This document shows, one piece after another, positions 47,751 through 58,183 of a stretch of DNA of 64,000 bases. Under the pieces are notes generated by a model that made no database searches, was not told where the DNA came from, and was given only the letters and a program-made list of their open reading frames with translations. The DNA is from Candidatus Latescibacterota bacterium (GTDB lineage: Bacteria; Latescibacterota; UBA2968; UBA8231): contig OZ252098.1 in the NCBI GenBank assembly GCA_965248355.1, positions 3,328,001-3,392,000 on the forward strand, in the 5' to 3' direction. Made by a program: the position numbers and the translations under genes. The stretch's first letter is position 1; each line of letters opens with the position of its first letter.

Positions 47751-49451
47751 TCAGGAGCGCAGCCGCCGCGTCTCCTCCTCCTCCACTTCCCAGCGCTCCA
47801 CGTCCACGGCCACGCCGTACTCCCGCCGGGCCGCCTCCACCGACACCCGGCCCTGGCGCACGTCCTCCAGCACGGCCCGCGGATCCCGCTCGAAGGGCGG
47901 CCCGTAGCCGCCGCCGCCCGGCAGCCGCAGCGTCACCTGCTGCCCGGGCTGCAGCAGGTACTTCCGCTTGGGGTGCAGGGGCGTGCCGTCGGAGAGCACC
48001 ATCTGCCCCACGGCTCCGTCCCCTCCGCCGGCGAAACCGCGGGCGGCGCAGCGGGTGCGGTCGTACATGGGCGAGTGCAGGGCCGGCTCGTCGCTGTCCA
48101 CGGCCAGCACCATCTCCTGCCCCAGCCCGCCGCGAAAGCGCCCGGCTCCCCCGGAGTCGGGGCGCAGCGCCCGTTTGAGCATGAGCGTCGGCGAGACCGA
48201 CTCGATGGCCTCCACCGGCACGCCGCGGATGCCGCTCGGAAAGGCCGTGGCCGAGAGCCCGTCGGCCGTGGGGCGGGCCCCCATGCCGCCGGCGGAAAAG
48301 AAGATGTAGGCGAACAGCCGGCCGCCGCGGTCCCGGCCTTCCAGCTGGGTGTTCCACAGGCCGGCCGAACCGTCGGCGAGGACCCGTCCGGGGACCACCT
48401 GGGACAGGGCTCCGAAGACGGCCTGCGACAGGAAGTGGCCGATCAGGTGGCGGGCGCCCACCGCACAGGGACGGCGGGCGTTGAGGATCGAGCCCTCCGG
48501 CGCGGTCACCGTCACCGGCCGGAAGCTGCCCTCGTTGTTGGGCACGTGGGGGCTGATGGCGCAGGCCAGGGGATAGGTGGTGTAGGCGTGGGTGTAGTTG
48601 TAGACCACGTTGATGCCTCGGTCCACCTGCGGCGAGGTTCCGGCATAGTCGACGCGCAGCCGCCGGCCCTCCACGGTCAGGGCGATGCGGATCGCGAGGG
48701 GTTCGTCGAAGCCGTCGATCTCCACCTCGTCCTTCCAGGTGCCGTCGCCCACCGCCTCGATGGCGTCCCCCGTGGCCTGCTCCGAACGCCCCCTGATCTG
48801 CTCCCCGAGGTCCTCCACGTCCTCGAGGCCGTACTCCTCCATCATCTCCGCCAGCTTGGCGGCGCCCACGTCGTTGCCGGCCTGCTGAGCGTAGAGGTCG
48901 CCAACCACGGCGTCGGGCTCCCGCACGTTGGCCCGCACGATGCGCACCAGGTCGTCGTTGATCCGCCCCTGGCGGAACAGCTTCATGATCGGGATGGCCA
49001 GGCCTTCCTCGAAGACCTCGCGGGCGTCGGCGCCGAGGGTGCGGCCGCCGATGTCCATGGCGTGGCAGGTGTTGGCGAACCAGCCGATCCCCCTTCCGCC
49101 GTGGAAGACGGGGGTGACCACGGTGATGTCGTGGAGGTGCCCCGACACCATCCACGGGTCGTTGGTGAGCAGGCTGTCCCCCGGCTCCAGGGAATCGATG
49201 GGATGGGCCCGCACGAAGTGCCGGACGCCGGTGGCCATGGTGTTGATGTGGCCCGGGGTGCCGGTCACGGCCTGGGCCAGCATGTTCCCCCGGCGGTCGA
49301 AGATCCCGGCCGACAGGTCGCCGGCCTCGCGCACGACGGTGGTGAAGGAGGCGTGCATCAGCGCCGCCGCCTGCTCGTTGACGATCGAGATCAGGCGGTT
49401 CCAAAGGACCTCGAGCAGCACCGGATCCATGGCCGGACGGGAATCGTTCAT
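47751..49451 (-). CDS. hydantoinase B/oxoprolinase family protein
   Basis: MDPVLLEV, NDPW..SGHLHD, EEGL, DSGGAGRFRGGLG, PGGGGYG. Confidence 0.93.
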   Translation of the reverse strand: MNDSRPAMDPVLLEVLWNRLISIVNEQAAALMHASFTTVVREAGDLSAGIFDRRGNMLAQAVTGTPGHINTMATGVRHFVRAHPIDSLEPGDSLLTNDPWMVSGHLHDITVVTPVFHGGRGIGWFANTCHAMDIGGRTLGADAREVFEEGLAIPIMKLFRQGRINDDLVRIVRANVREPDAVVGDLYAQQAGNDVGAAKLAEMMEEYGLEDVEDLGEQIRGRSEQATGDAIEAVGDGTWKDEVEIDGFDEPLAIRIALTVEGRRLRVDYAGTSPQVDRGINVVYNYTHAYTTYPLACAISPHVPNNEGSFRPVTVTAPEGSILNARRPCAVGARHLIGHFLSQAVFGALSQVVPGRVLADGSAGLWNTQLEGRDRGGRLFAYIFFSAGGMGARPTADGLSATAFPSGIRGVPVEAIESVSPTLMLKRALRPDSGGAGRFRGGLGQEMVLAVDSDEPALHSPMYDRTRCAARGFAGGGDGAVGQMVLSDGTPLHPKRKYLLQPGQQVTLRLPGGGGYGPPFERDPRAVLEDVRQGRVSVEAARREYGVAVDVERWEVEEEETRRLRS

Positions 49452-51595
49452 CCCCTCGTTCTCCTGACGATGAGATTGCTCGCGCCATCCACTTCGAGGG
49501 CCCAGCCGGGGGGGACCACCGTGGTCGACTCCGCTTCCTCCACGATCGCCGGACCGGGGGCGCGGAAGCCCGCCGACAGGACGTAGCGGTCGTACACGGG
49601 GGTCTCCCCGGAGTCGTTTCCCGGCCTCTCGAAGCGTACCCGCCGCGCGGGCTTCTCCACCGGGCGGAGTCCTTCGGGCGGGTCCTGGTGCAGCCGGCCC
49701 AGGGCCGGCCGGGGCCCCGACACCGTCGTGCGCCAGTGCATGCACTGCGCGTCGACGCCCTCGCAGGTGCGGCCGTAGAGCCGGATGTACTCCTGGTCGA
49801 AGCCGGCCTGCAGCCGGTCCATGGCGGCCTCGTCCAGCTCCCCGCCACAGACGGGCACGCGGATCTCGTGGCCCTGGCCCACGTAGCGCAGGTCCGCCGT
49901 CCGCTCCACCTGCACCTCCCCCGGGGAGACGCCGGCCTCGGCCACGATGCGGCGCCCCTCGCCTTCCATCTCCTCGAACAGGGCGCGCAGCCGGCCGATG
50001 TCCACCTCCTCGAGGCGGGTCACGTAGCTGCGCGCGAAGTCGAAGCTGATGGGGGCCAGCATCAGGCCGAGGGCGGATCCCACCCCCGCCGCGCCGGGCA
50101 CCACCACGGTGTCGATCCCGAGGCGTTCCGCCACGCCGCAGGCGTGCACCGGCCCGGCGCCGCCCGTGGCCACCATGGCGAAGCCCCGCAGGTCGATTCC
50201 CCGCTCGGCGCCATGGACACGGGCGGCGTTGGCCATGTTCTCGTTGACCAGCTGGTGGATCCCCCGCGCCGCGGCCACCGCATCCTGGCCCAGACGCCCA
50301 GCCAGGGAGAGGACCGCGGTCTCGGCGGCGCAGGCGTCCAGCTCCATGCGCCCTCCCAGGAAGAAACCCGGGTTCAGCAGGCCGAGCACGAGATCGGCGT
50401 CGGTCACCGTCGGCTCGCGTCCCCCCCGTCCGTAGCAGGCCGGCCCGGGTTCGGAGCCGGCGCTCTCGGGCCCCACCTGGGGCAGGCCCAACTCGTTGAT
50501 CCGCGCCAGACTGCCGCCCCCGGCGCCGATCTCGATCATGTCGAGGACGGGCACCAGCAGCGGCAGGCCGCTGCCCTTCTTGAAGCGGTAGACGCGGGCC
50601 ACCTCCGACTCGGTGGTCACCGGAAGCTCGCCGTCCCGGCTCAGACAGGCCTTGGCCGTGGTGCCCCCCATGTCGAAGGCCAGCACCCGCTCGAAGCCCG
50701 ACTGGCGGCCGGCGTGGATCGCCGCCAGGACGCCGCCGCTGGGACCCGACTCGACCAGGCGCACGGGGAATCTCGCCGCCGTGTCGGCGGCGCAGGTGCC
50801 CCCGTTGGAGAGCATGATGTGCAGCGGCGCCTCGATCCCGCAGTCGGCCCGCAGACCTCGCTCGAGGTTGGCCAGGTAGGCCGAGGCCATTGGCTGCACG
50901 TAGGCGTTGGCCACCGCGGTGGAGGTCCGCTCGTACTCGCGCAGCTCCGGGGCCACCTCGTGGGAGAGGGAGAGGGCGATTCCGGGAAGCTCCTCGCGCA
51001 CGATCGCCGCGGCCCGGCGCTCGTGGTCCGGGTTCGCGTAGGAGTGCAGAAAGGCCACCGCCACCGCCTCGACGCCCGCCTCCCGGAGGACGGCGCAGGC
51101 GCGACGCAGGGCCTCCTCGTCGAGGGGCGTCATCACCTGACCGCTGGACTTGAGGCGCTCGGCCACCTCCAACCGGAGCCGGCGCTCGGCGAGGGGCTCG
51201 GGAAGCTGCAGGAACAGATCGTAGATGTCGTACCGGCCCTCGCGGCCGATCTCGAGGACGTCCCGGAACCCCTCGGTGGTCAGCAGTCCGGTGAGCGCCC
51301 CCTTGCGCTCGATCAGGGCGTTGGTGATCAGCGTCGTGCCGTGGATGAGGCGGCCGATCTCCCCGGCCCCCGCACCCCCTTCCAGCAGTTGCCGGATGCC
51401 GCCCAGCACCCCCGCGGACGGGTCCGGATCGGTGGTCAGCACCTTGGCCACGGAGATGCGGCCCGTCCGCTCGTGGCACAGCACGAGGTCGGTGAAGGTC
51501 CCGCCGATGTCGACGGAGAGGATGGTCCGGTCCGCCTGCTCAGGCGCCCCGTCCACGCCGCCTCCCGTGGACCGCCGCTGCGGAGCGATCTCCAA
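49448..51595 (-). CDS. hydantoinase A/oxoprolinase family protein
   Basis: VDIGGTFTD, HGTT, EYERTST, ESGP, DMGGTT, IGAGGGS, PGPACY, YVGQGHE; start 51595 or 51556. Confidence 0.93.
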   Translation of the reverse strand: MEIAPQRRSTGGGVDGAPEQADRTILSVDIGGTFTDLVLCHERTGRISVAKVLTTDPDPSAGVLGGIRQLLEGGAGAGEIGRLIHGTTLITNALIERKGALTGLLTTEGFRDVLEIGREGRYDIYDLFLQLPEPLAERRLRLEVAERLKSSGQVMTPLDEEALRRACAVLREAGVEAVAVAFLHSYANPDHERRAAAIVREELPGIALSLSHEVAPELREYERTSTAVANAYVQPMASAYLANLERGLRADCGIEAPLHIMLSNGGTCAADTAARFPVRLVESGPSGGVLAAIHAGRQSGFERVLAFDMGGTTAKACLSRDGELPVTTESEVARVYRFKKGSGLPLLVPVLDMIEIGAGGGSLARINELGLPQVGPESAGSEPGPACYGRGGREPTVTDADLVLGLLNPGFFLGGRMELDACAAETAVLSLAGRLGQDAVAAARGIHQLVNENMANAARVHGAERGIDLRGFAMVATGGAGPVHACGVAERLGIDTVVVPGAAGVGSALGLMLAPISFDFARSYVTRLEEVDIGRLRALFEEMEGEGRRIVAEAGVSPGEVQVERTADLRYVGQGHEIRVPVCGGELDEAAMDRLQAGFDQEYIRLYGRTCEGVDAQCMHWRTTVSGPRPALGRLHQDPPEGLRPVEKPARRVRFERPGNDSGETPVYDRYVLSAGFRAPGPAIVEEAESTTVVPPGWALEVDGASNLIVRRTRG

Positions 51596-51759
51596 GTCGT
51601 CCTCCCATGGGTTGGTGTGCCCGGGAAGATAGTGGCGCCCCGCCCGCACCACACGGGCTCGTATCGACCGGGTTCGAGCGGGCCTTTACTATAGGAGCCG
51701 CCGCCCGTGACACGCCCCGGCCGCGCCTGATCGCGGCACCCGCCACCCGACTGCGATCC

Positions 51760-53181
51760 ATGGCTTTCCAAGAGCTGAGCATCCTCATCCCCGCGTACAA
51801 CGAGCGCTTCTCGATCCGGGAGATCGTCTCCCAGGTGCTGGCCCAGGAGCTTCCGGGAGGCCTGCAGAGAGAGCTCGTCATCGTCGACGATGGCTCGACG
51901 GACGGCACCCGCGACATCCTTCAGCAGCTCCGGCAAGCTCACCCGGAACTCATCCGGATCCACTTCCACGAGACCAACCAGGGGAAGGGGGCGGCCATCC
52001 GGACCGCCATTGAGTTGGCCACGGGTGACCTGTGCATCATCCAGGACGCCGACCTGGAATACGACCCGGCCGACTATCCCCGGCTCCTTCGGCCGATCCT
52101 GTCCGGAGACGCGGACGTCGTCTACGGCTCCCGGTTCGCCGGCAGCGACTACCGGAGGGTCCTGTTCTTCTGGCACTCCATCGGCAACCAGTTCCTAACC
52201 CTCGTATCGAATGCCTTCACCAACCTCAATCTGACGGACATGGAGACCTGCTACAAGGTCGTCAAGACGAGCCTGCTCAAGTCCATCCCCATCCGCAGCG
52301 ACCGCTTCGGCATCGAGCCCGAGCTCACGGCCAAGCTCGCCAAGCGAGGCTGCCGGATCTACGAGGTCCCCATCTCCTACCGGGGCCGGAGCTACCAGGA
52401 AGGGAAGAAGATCACCTGGCGGGACGGGGTGAAGGCCTTGGCCACCATGGTCCACTACTGGATCGTCGACGATCTCTACGAGGAGCGCTACGGCCACGCC
52501 GTTCTCCATTCCCTCTCCCGCACGCACCGGTTCAACCGCTGGACGGCGGACGTCATCAGGGCCCACGTGGGGGATCGCGTCCTCGAGATCGGGGGGGGCC
52601 TGGGCAATGTCACCCTCCAGCTCATCCCCAAGGACCGCTACGCCGTGACCGACTCGGATGAGCTGCACCTGGAATACCTGGAGAACCGGTTCCGGGGCTA
52701 TCCCTATGTCGACGTACGGCGCGTGGACCTGGAGGAGGAGAGGGACTTCGATCCGCTGAAGGGACGCTTCGATACGGTCGTCTGCCTGAACGTCCTGGAG
52801 CACGTGGAGCGGGCCGACCGGGGTCTGGCCAACATCTTCCACGCCCTCGAGCCGGGGGGAGCCGCCATCCTGCTCGTGCCCCGGGGCCGGTTCCTCATGG
52901 GCTCCCTCGACCGGGCGCTGGGCCACCACCGGCGCTACTCGAAGAAGCTGCTGCGGGAGAGCTGCGAAGAGGCGGGGTTCCAGGTGGAGAGGTTGTTCGA
53001 CTTCAACCGGATCAGCTGCCTGCCGTGGCTCGTCAGCGGCAGGATCCTGAGGAGAAGGCGCTTCGGCCTGATTCAGCTCAAGATCTTCGATTCCCTGGTA
53101 TGGCTGTGGCGGATCCTCGACCGGGCCCTGCCCCTCCCGGGCCTGTCCATCGTCGCCGTGGCCAGGCGGCCGAAGTGCTAG
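51760..53181 (+). CDS. GT2 (DPM-like) glycosyltransferase fused to a class I methyltransferase domain
   Basis: IPAYNE, DDGSTDGT, QDADLEY, DMETCYK; then LEIGGGLG, CLNVLEH, GHHRRY. Confidence 0.9.
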   Translation: MAFQELSILIPAYNERFSIREIVSQVLAQELPGGLQRELVIVDDGSTDGTRDILQQLRQAHPELIRIHFHETNQGKGAAIRTAIELATGDLCIIQDADLEYDPADYPRLLRPILSGDADVVYGSRFAGSDYRRVLFFWHSIGNQFLTLVSNAFTNLNLTDMETCYKVVKTSLLKSIPIRSDRFGIEPELTAKLAKRGCRIYEVPISYRGRSYQEGKKITWRDGVKALATMVHYWIVDDLYEERYGHAVLHSLSRTHRFNRWTADVIRAHVGDRVLEIGGGLGNVTLQLIPKDRYAVTDSDELHLEYLENRFRGYPYVDVRRVDLEEERDFDPLKGRFDTVVCLNVLEHVERADRGLANIFHALEPGGAAILLVPRGRFLMGSLDRALGHHRRYSKKLLRESCEEAGFQVERLFDFNRISCLPWLVSGRILRRRRFGLIQLKIFDSLVWLWRILDRALPLPGLSIVAVARRPKC

Positions 53182-53190
53182 CGCCGCCGA

Positions 53191-54105
53191 TCATGCATGG
53201 CCGGCAAAGACCCCCATGCCCATGAGCGTCTTCACGGTGATGGCAAGGCCCACGAGGATGATGATGGCCGCACTCGCCACGGGCAGGCGCTGAATCCACT
53301 TGCCGTCGCCCGAAAAGCGCTCCATGAGGGGACGCGCTTTGACGATGAGCACGCCCACGGCGATGAGCACCGCCGCCAGCCCGAAGCTGAAGGCCACCAG
53401 GAGCACCAGTCCGAAGGCGATGCGATGCAGGGCCACGGCCCCCAGCAGGATCACCAGGGCCGCCGGACACGGCACGATGCCGCCGGAGATTCCCAGGGCC
53501 AGCAGGCTTCCCAGGGTCACCTTGGAGGGGATCTCGTGGCTGTGGCCATGGTCATGGTCATGATCGCCGTGATGATGATCCCCGTGGTCATGATCCTCGT
53601 GGTGATGGTGATGACCCTGGCCGGGGCCCGTGCCTCTGAGTTGATTGACCAGGAGCCACCCGCCCAGGCCCATGATCAGGAGTCCGGAGGCGGTGCCGAG
53701 CCAGGGGAAGATCTGCTCGGGAAGGATGTACTGGGAGGCGAAGAGGGCCACCAGGCCCAGGAGAATGATGCTGAAGGTATGGGTTATGGTGACCACGCCC
53801 CCGAGGAACATGGCGTTGCCCACGGTGCCGCGGGTTCCCACGAGGTAGGCGGCGACGATGGTCTTGCCGTGGCCGGGCTCCAGGCCGTGGGCGGCGCCGA
53901 GAAAGAGGGCGAGGGCCAGGGCTCCGACGACGAGGCCGGCGCTCAGCTCCTCGGAGCGCAGCATCCTGCTGAGGGCATCCGTGCTGTCGTCGTCGATGCC
54001 CGCGGCGCCGTGGTCCGCGGGGGACCCGGCCTCGACAGTGGTCATGGGGGCAGCAACCAGCAGTGCCGTCAGGAGGATCCGTCGTACGCCCTTGGTCTGG
54101 TTCAT
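53191..54105 (-). CDS. RcnA-like nickel/cobalt efflux (NicO family) transporter
   Basis: [13 protein letters not shown], His-rich loop [25 protein letters not shown]. Confidence 0.88.
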   Translation of the reverse strand: MNQTKGVRRILLTALLVAAPMTTVEAGSPADHGAAGIDDDSTDALSRMLRSEELSAGLVVGALALALFLGAAHGLEPGHGKTIVAAYLVGTRGTVGNAMFLGGVVTITHTFSIILLGLVALFASQYILPEQIFPWLGTASGLLIMGLGGWLLVNQLRGTGPGQGHHHHHEDHDHGDHHHGDHDHDHGHSHEIPSKVTLGSLLALGISGGIVPCPAALVILLGAVALHRIAFGLVLLVAFSFGLAAVLIAVGVLIVKARPLMERFSGDGKWIQRLPVASAAIIILVGLAITVKTLMGMGVFAGHA

Positions 54106-54186
54106 GCTCGTCTCCACGGAGATCGCGTCCACAGGTGAGGCGGAGCCACCGCCCTCGGCCCCTATCCACACGGAAGGAAGGGTAAA

Positions 54187-54936
54187 GTGACCGCTGCAAC
54201 CAACCACGTCGACATCGATGCGGTGATCTCCGAGATCGACGACCGTGGCTATCACATCCTCCCGGATGTCATCTCCGCCGAGAAAGCCGATGAGGCCCGC
54301 GCCATTCTCGAAGGGCTCCTGGAGGCGGAGATCGACGACGGCGCCCGGGAGAGAAACCATCAGCGCGTCGGCGGCATCGCGTACAAGGACCCGGTCTTTC
54401 TCGAGCTGATGTGCCATCCGCTCATCCTGTCGCTCTGGAAACGGTACCTCGGGGACGACATCATGTGCGCCTCGTGGACGGCCAATACCATCTACCCGGG
54501 CCACGACGCCGTCGGCTGGCACGTGGACTACCCCTACTGGTCCGTGAAACCCCCCTGGCCCGAGGGCAACTTCGCCGGCCAGACCATGTGGCTCCTCGAC
54601 GACTTCACCGAGGAGAACGGGGGCACCGGGGTCGTCCCCTTCTCGCACCGGAAGGGACACCCGCCCGATGCTCCCACCGACCGCTGGCGCCCTGACGGCG
54701 AGGTCCTCACCGGCTGCCGCGGCTCGGTCGTGGTCGGCCACGGGGCCTGGTGGCACACGTCTAGGCCGAACCGGAGCGACAGGCCGCGGTCCTGCCTTCT
54801 GGGCATGTACCTGATGCCGTGGTTCATCCCCCAGGAGGACATGCGCAGTCAGCTCGCCAGGATCGACAACCCTGCCGACCTGGTGACGCAGCTGCTGTGC
54901 GGCCGCCAGCACACGCCCAGGGTGATCGGGGAGTGA
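54187..54936 (+). CDS. phytanoyl-CoA dioxygenase (PhyH) family protein
   Basis: [27 protein letters not shown] start. Confidence 0.88.
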   Translation: MTAATNHVDIDAVISEIDDRGYHILPDVISAEKADEARAILEGLLEAEIDDGARERNHQRVGGIAYKDPVFLELMCHPLILSLWKRYLGDDIMCASWTANTIYPGHDAVGWHVDYPYWSVKPPWPEGNFAGQTMWLLDDFTEENGGTGVVPFSHRKGHPPDAPTDRWRPDGEVLTGCRGSVVVGHGAWWHTSRPNRSDRPRSCLLGMYLMPWFIPQEDMRSQLARIDNPADLVTQLLCGRQHTPRVIGE

Positions 54937-54965
54937 TCCATGGATCCACTGCCAAGGAGCGATTC

Positions 54966-56081
54966 GTGAAGAAGGCGATAGCAGCAGCGGTGCTGGCCTG
55001 TCTACCGGGCTGGATTGACCACGCCCCCGCCGCCGAGCTCACTCCCTACGGGTTTGTCCGCTTCGACGCCGTGTTGGACGACTCGAAGCTGAACCACCAC
55101 CAGTACCCCAACTGGGTGAAGTCGGAGCCACCGGGCGCCGGGAACAACGGCAATCTGACCATGTACCCCCGCCTGACCCGGCTCGGGGCCAGGCTCACCC
55201 CGGTCGAATTGGGAGAGGACAGCGAGATCGGCGGAGTCATCGAGACCGATTTCCAGAACGGCGGCAGCGAATCCCGACAGATTCTGCGCCTGCGGAAGGC
55301 GTACTTCAACCTCAGGAAAGGGGATTGGCACTTCCTGGCCGGTCAGACCTGGGACCTGATCTCTCCCCTGTTCCCGGCGGCCAACAACGACGGCATGATG
55401 TGGAATACCGGCAATCTCGGCGACCGTCATCCCCAGGCGCGGCTCACCTACAAGCCGGGCACCGGCTTTTCCGCGGCCGTCGCCGTCGGCCAGACAGGGG
55501 CGGTGGACAAGAAGGATCTGGACGGAAACGGGGTTCTCGACGGCTCGGAGGCCATGATGCCCTTCGTGCAGACGCGGGTCGGGATTGAGCAGAGAAGGCT
55601 CGAGGCCGGCGCCTGGGCCCATTGGGCGACGGAGGAGACAGCCACCCCGGTGGCCGGCCAATCCAGCTTCACCTCGACGGTGGTGGGCCTGGACTTCTCG
55701 GTATCCCCGGCCGACATGCTGACCATCGAAGGAGAGGGCTGGACCGGCAGCAATCTCTCCGATATCCGCGGCGGCATCGGTCAGGGCATCAACCAGGAGA
55801 CGGGTGAGGAGATCGCCTCCTCCGGGGGCTGGGTCCATGTCATGGTCAAGCCGGCCGAGGGTTGGAAGCTGTACGCCGGAGCGATGATGGACACCCCCGG
55901 TGAGGAGGCGGTGCCCGAAGGCGGGCGCACCAGGAATCAGGCGGTCTACCTCGTGAATCGCTACCGGCCCTGGAAGAGCTTCCAGGCGGCGGTCGAGTAT
56001 GTGAACTGGACGACCGAGTACAAGGACCTGGACGACGGCACGGCCAACCGGGTGGGTCTCCACTTCACCTACGATTTCTGA
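54966..56081 (+). CDS. DcaP-like outer-membrane porin
   Basis: Signal peptide; YGFVRFD, TRLG, IETDF, RLRKAY, LAGQTW, PQAR; terminal YDF. Confidence 0.8.
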   Translation: MKKAIAAAVLACLPGWIDHAPAAELTPYGFVRFDAVLDDSKLNHHQYPNWVKSEPPGAGNNGNLTMYPRLTRLGARLTPVELGEDSEIGGVIETDFQNGGSESRQILRLRKAYFNLRKGDWHFLAGQTWDLISPLFPAANNDGMMWNTGNLGDRHPQARLTYKPGTGFSAAVAVGQTGAVDKKDLDGNGVLDGSEAMMPFVQTRVGIEQRRLEAGAWAHWATEETATPVAGQSSFTSTVVGLDFSVSPADMLTIEGEGWTGSNLSDIRGGIGQGINQETGEEIASSGGWVHVMVKPAEGWKLYAGAMMDTPGEEAVPEGGRTRNQAVYLVNRYRPWKSFQAAVEYVNWTTEYKDLDDGTANRVGLHFTYDF

Positions 56082-57426
56082 ATGAGCCAGCCCGAGGATT
56101 CCGGCGAAGTGTGGGTCCTGACGCGCAGGTCGCTGATCCGCCGCGGCCTGGCCGGGCTGCTGGCGGCGCCCTGGATGAGGTGGGGCGCCGGATCCGGGGC
56201 CCCCGGACTGGGCGTGCTGTTCTCGGCGGACCGGTCCGGCGGTGCCGAGCCGTACCACGTGTCAGAGGACGAGATCGTCCTCGGCATGTCGGCCGCCTTT
56301 TCCGGCCCCTCCCGGGGCCTGGGCAGCGAGCTCTACCGCGGAGCCAGGGCCTGCTTCAGCCACGTCAACGAGAATGGAGGCGTGGGCGGGCGCAAGATCG
56401 TCCTCAAGCTCTACGACGACGGATACCAGCCGGATCCGTGTGTTCGAAACACCATGCAGCTCATGCTGGAAGACCGCGTGTTCCTGCTCTTCGGCTACGT
56501 GGGGACGCCTACCGTGACCCGGGTGCTGCCCCTGCTCAAGAAGTTCCAGGACGAGCGGGTCTACCTGTTCTTCCCCTTCACCGGCGCCCAGCCCCAGAGG
56601 GAGCCCCCCTACGGCGACTTCGCCTTCAACCTGCGGGCCTCCTACCGCCAGGAGACGGCCGGCCTCGTGGACAACTTCGTTCAGGCCGGCCGGAGACGCA
56701 TCGCCGTGCTCTACCAGGCCGACGCCTACGGCCGCAGCGGCTGGGCGGGCGTCCGGGCAGCCCTGAGAAAGCACGACGAGCAGATCGTCGCCGAGGCGAC
56801 CTACCGCCGCGGCCAGCGGTTCACGGCCAGCATGAGGCGGCAGGTGGAGATCCTGGCGGCCTCCTCGCCGGACGCCGTGATCTGCATCGGGTCCTATGCC
56901 GCATGCGCCGGCTTTGCCCGCGACGCCGTCGACCTGGGCCTTCGGGTCCCGATCGCCAATCTCTCCTTTCGTGGGCAGCGAGAATCTGCTCAAGCTGCTC
57001 ACCGAGAGCCGGGACGACGCCGAGGCCTATACCCGTCTGCTGGTCAACTCCCAGGTCGTGCCCAGCTACGAGGACACCTCCATTCCCGCCGTGCGGGAAT
57101 ACCGCGAGTTGATGGCCCACTACGATCCCGAGGTCCCCCAGGAGCTCGTCAAGGAGCCCTACAGCCCCTTCCCGCACAGCTTCGTGAGCCTGGAGGGATA
57201 CCTCGACGCCAAGCTGATGACCGAGATCCTGCGGCGACTGGAGGGAACGCCCGACCGGGCGGGGCTCGAGGAGGCCGTGTTCTCGGTGCGGGACTTCGAC
57301 CTCGGGATCGGAGAAAAGGTCTCCTTCGGTCCCACTCGCCGACAGGGACTGCAGAGGGTCTACTACACCGTCGTCGAGGGCGACCGCTTCGTGACCCTGG
57401 AAGACTGGCAAGGGTGGCTATCCTGA
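56082..57426 (+). pseudogene. periplasmic ligand-binding protein (LIVBP-like) with Tat signal; +1 frameshift near 56968
   Basis: TRRSL; LGMSAAFSGP, YDDGYQP, YVGTPT, NLRASY; NLSF|VGSEN continues after removing one T from TTT; SLEGYL. Confidence 0.8.
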
Positions 57427-57427
57427 C

Positions 57428-58168
57428 ATGAAAGTCCAGAGGCTCTTTCAGAAGACCCGCTTCGGCATCTTCGCCCTCTTCGGGCTGATCGTCCTGTCCA
57501 CCTCCGTTCTGTGCATCTACACCGTCGACACCCAGCTGTCGGCGGAGTACGAGACCAACTGCAGGAACATCGCCAAGAGCATCGCCGACTCCAGCGTCGA
57601 CATCCTCCTGAACAGGAACCTGGCGACGCTGCAGTCGCTCATCGACCAGTTCGTCGAGATCCAGGGAATCCGCTACATCTACATCACCAGCGAATCCGGC
57701 GAGTACCTGGCCCATACCTTCGTGCCCGGCATTCCCGAGCAGATCCTCGCCAGCGATCCGTCCAGCACCGAGCCCGTCCAACGAAGCATCCCGGGAATGG
57801 GCGATTTCATGGAAGTGGGCAGCCCCATCCTGGCCGGCGTCGCCGGCACCGTGCACATGGGCATGGACCTGGACATCGTGGCCCTCAAGATCCAGCGGGC
57901 CATCGGCCAGCAGGTGATCCTCATCAGCATCTTCCTCGTCGTCGGAGTCCTGGCCTCGATCTGGTTCGTCAACCTCGCCGCAAAGCCCCTGGGCGCACTG
58001 CTCGCCTACGCCGTGGAGCTGGCCGGCGGCCCGGGGGAGGAAGAGATCTCGAAAGAGGAGCTCCTGGCCCGCGATGACGAAGTGGGAGACCTGGCCCGTC
58101 TCTTCCGCCACGTTTCCGGTTCCTCGGGACCGGAAGAGCCGGGCCCGGCGCCGGAGAGCCCTCGCTAG
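57428..58168 (+). CDS. two-TM sensor-like protein with HAMP domain and no output domain
   Basis: TM - periplasmic domain - TM - KPL...DEVGDLARLF, then a short tail and stop. Confidence 0.75.
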   Translation: MKVQRLFQKTRFGIFALFGLIVLSTSVLCIYTVDTQLSAEYETNCRNIAKSIADSSVDILLNRNLATLQSLIDQFVEIQGIRYIYITSESGEYLAHTFVPGIPEQILASDPSSTEPVQRSIPGMGDFMEVGSPILAGVAGTVHMGMDLDIVALKIQRAIGQQVILISIFLVVGVLASIWFVNLAAKPLGALLAYAVELAGGPGEEEISKEELLARDDEVGDLARLFRHVSGSSGPEEPGPAPESPR

Positions 58169-58183
58169 AGGCGAGGTTCAGCG

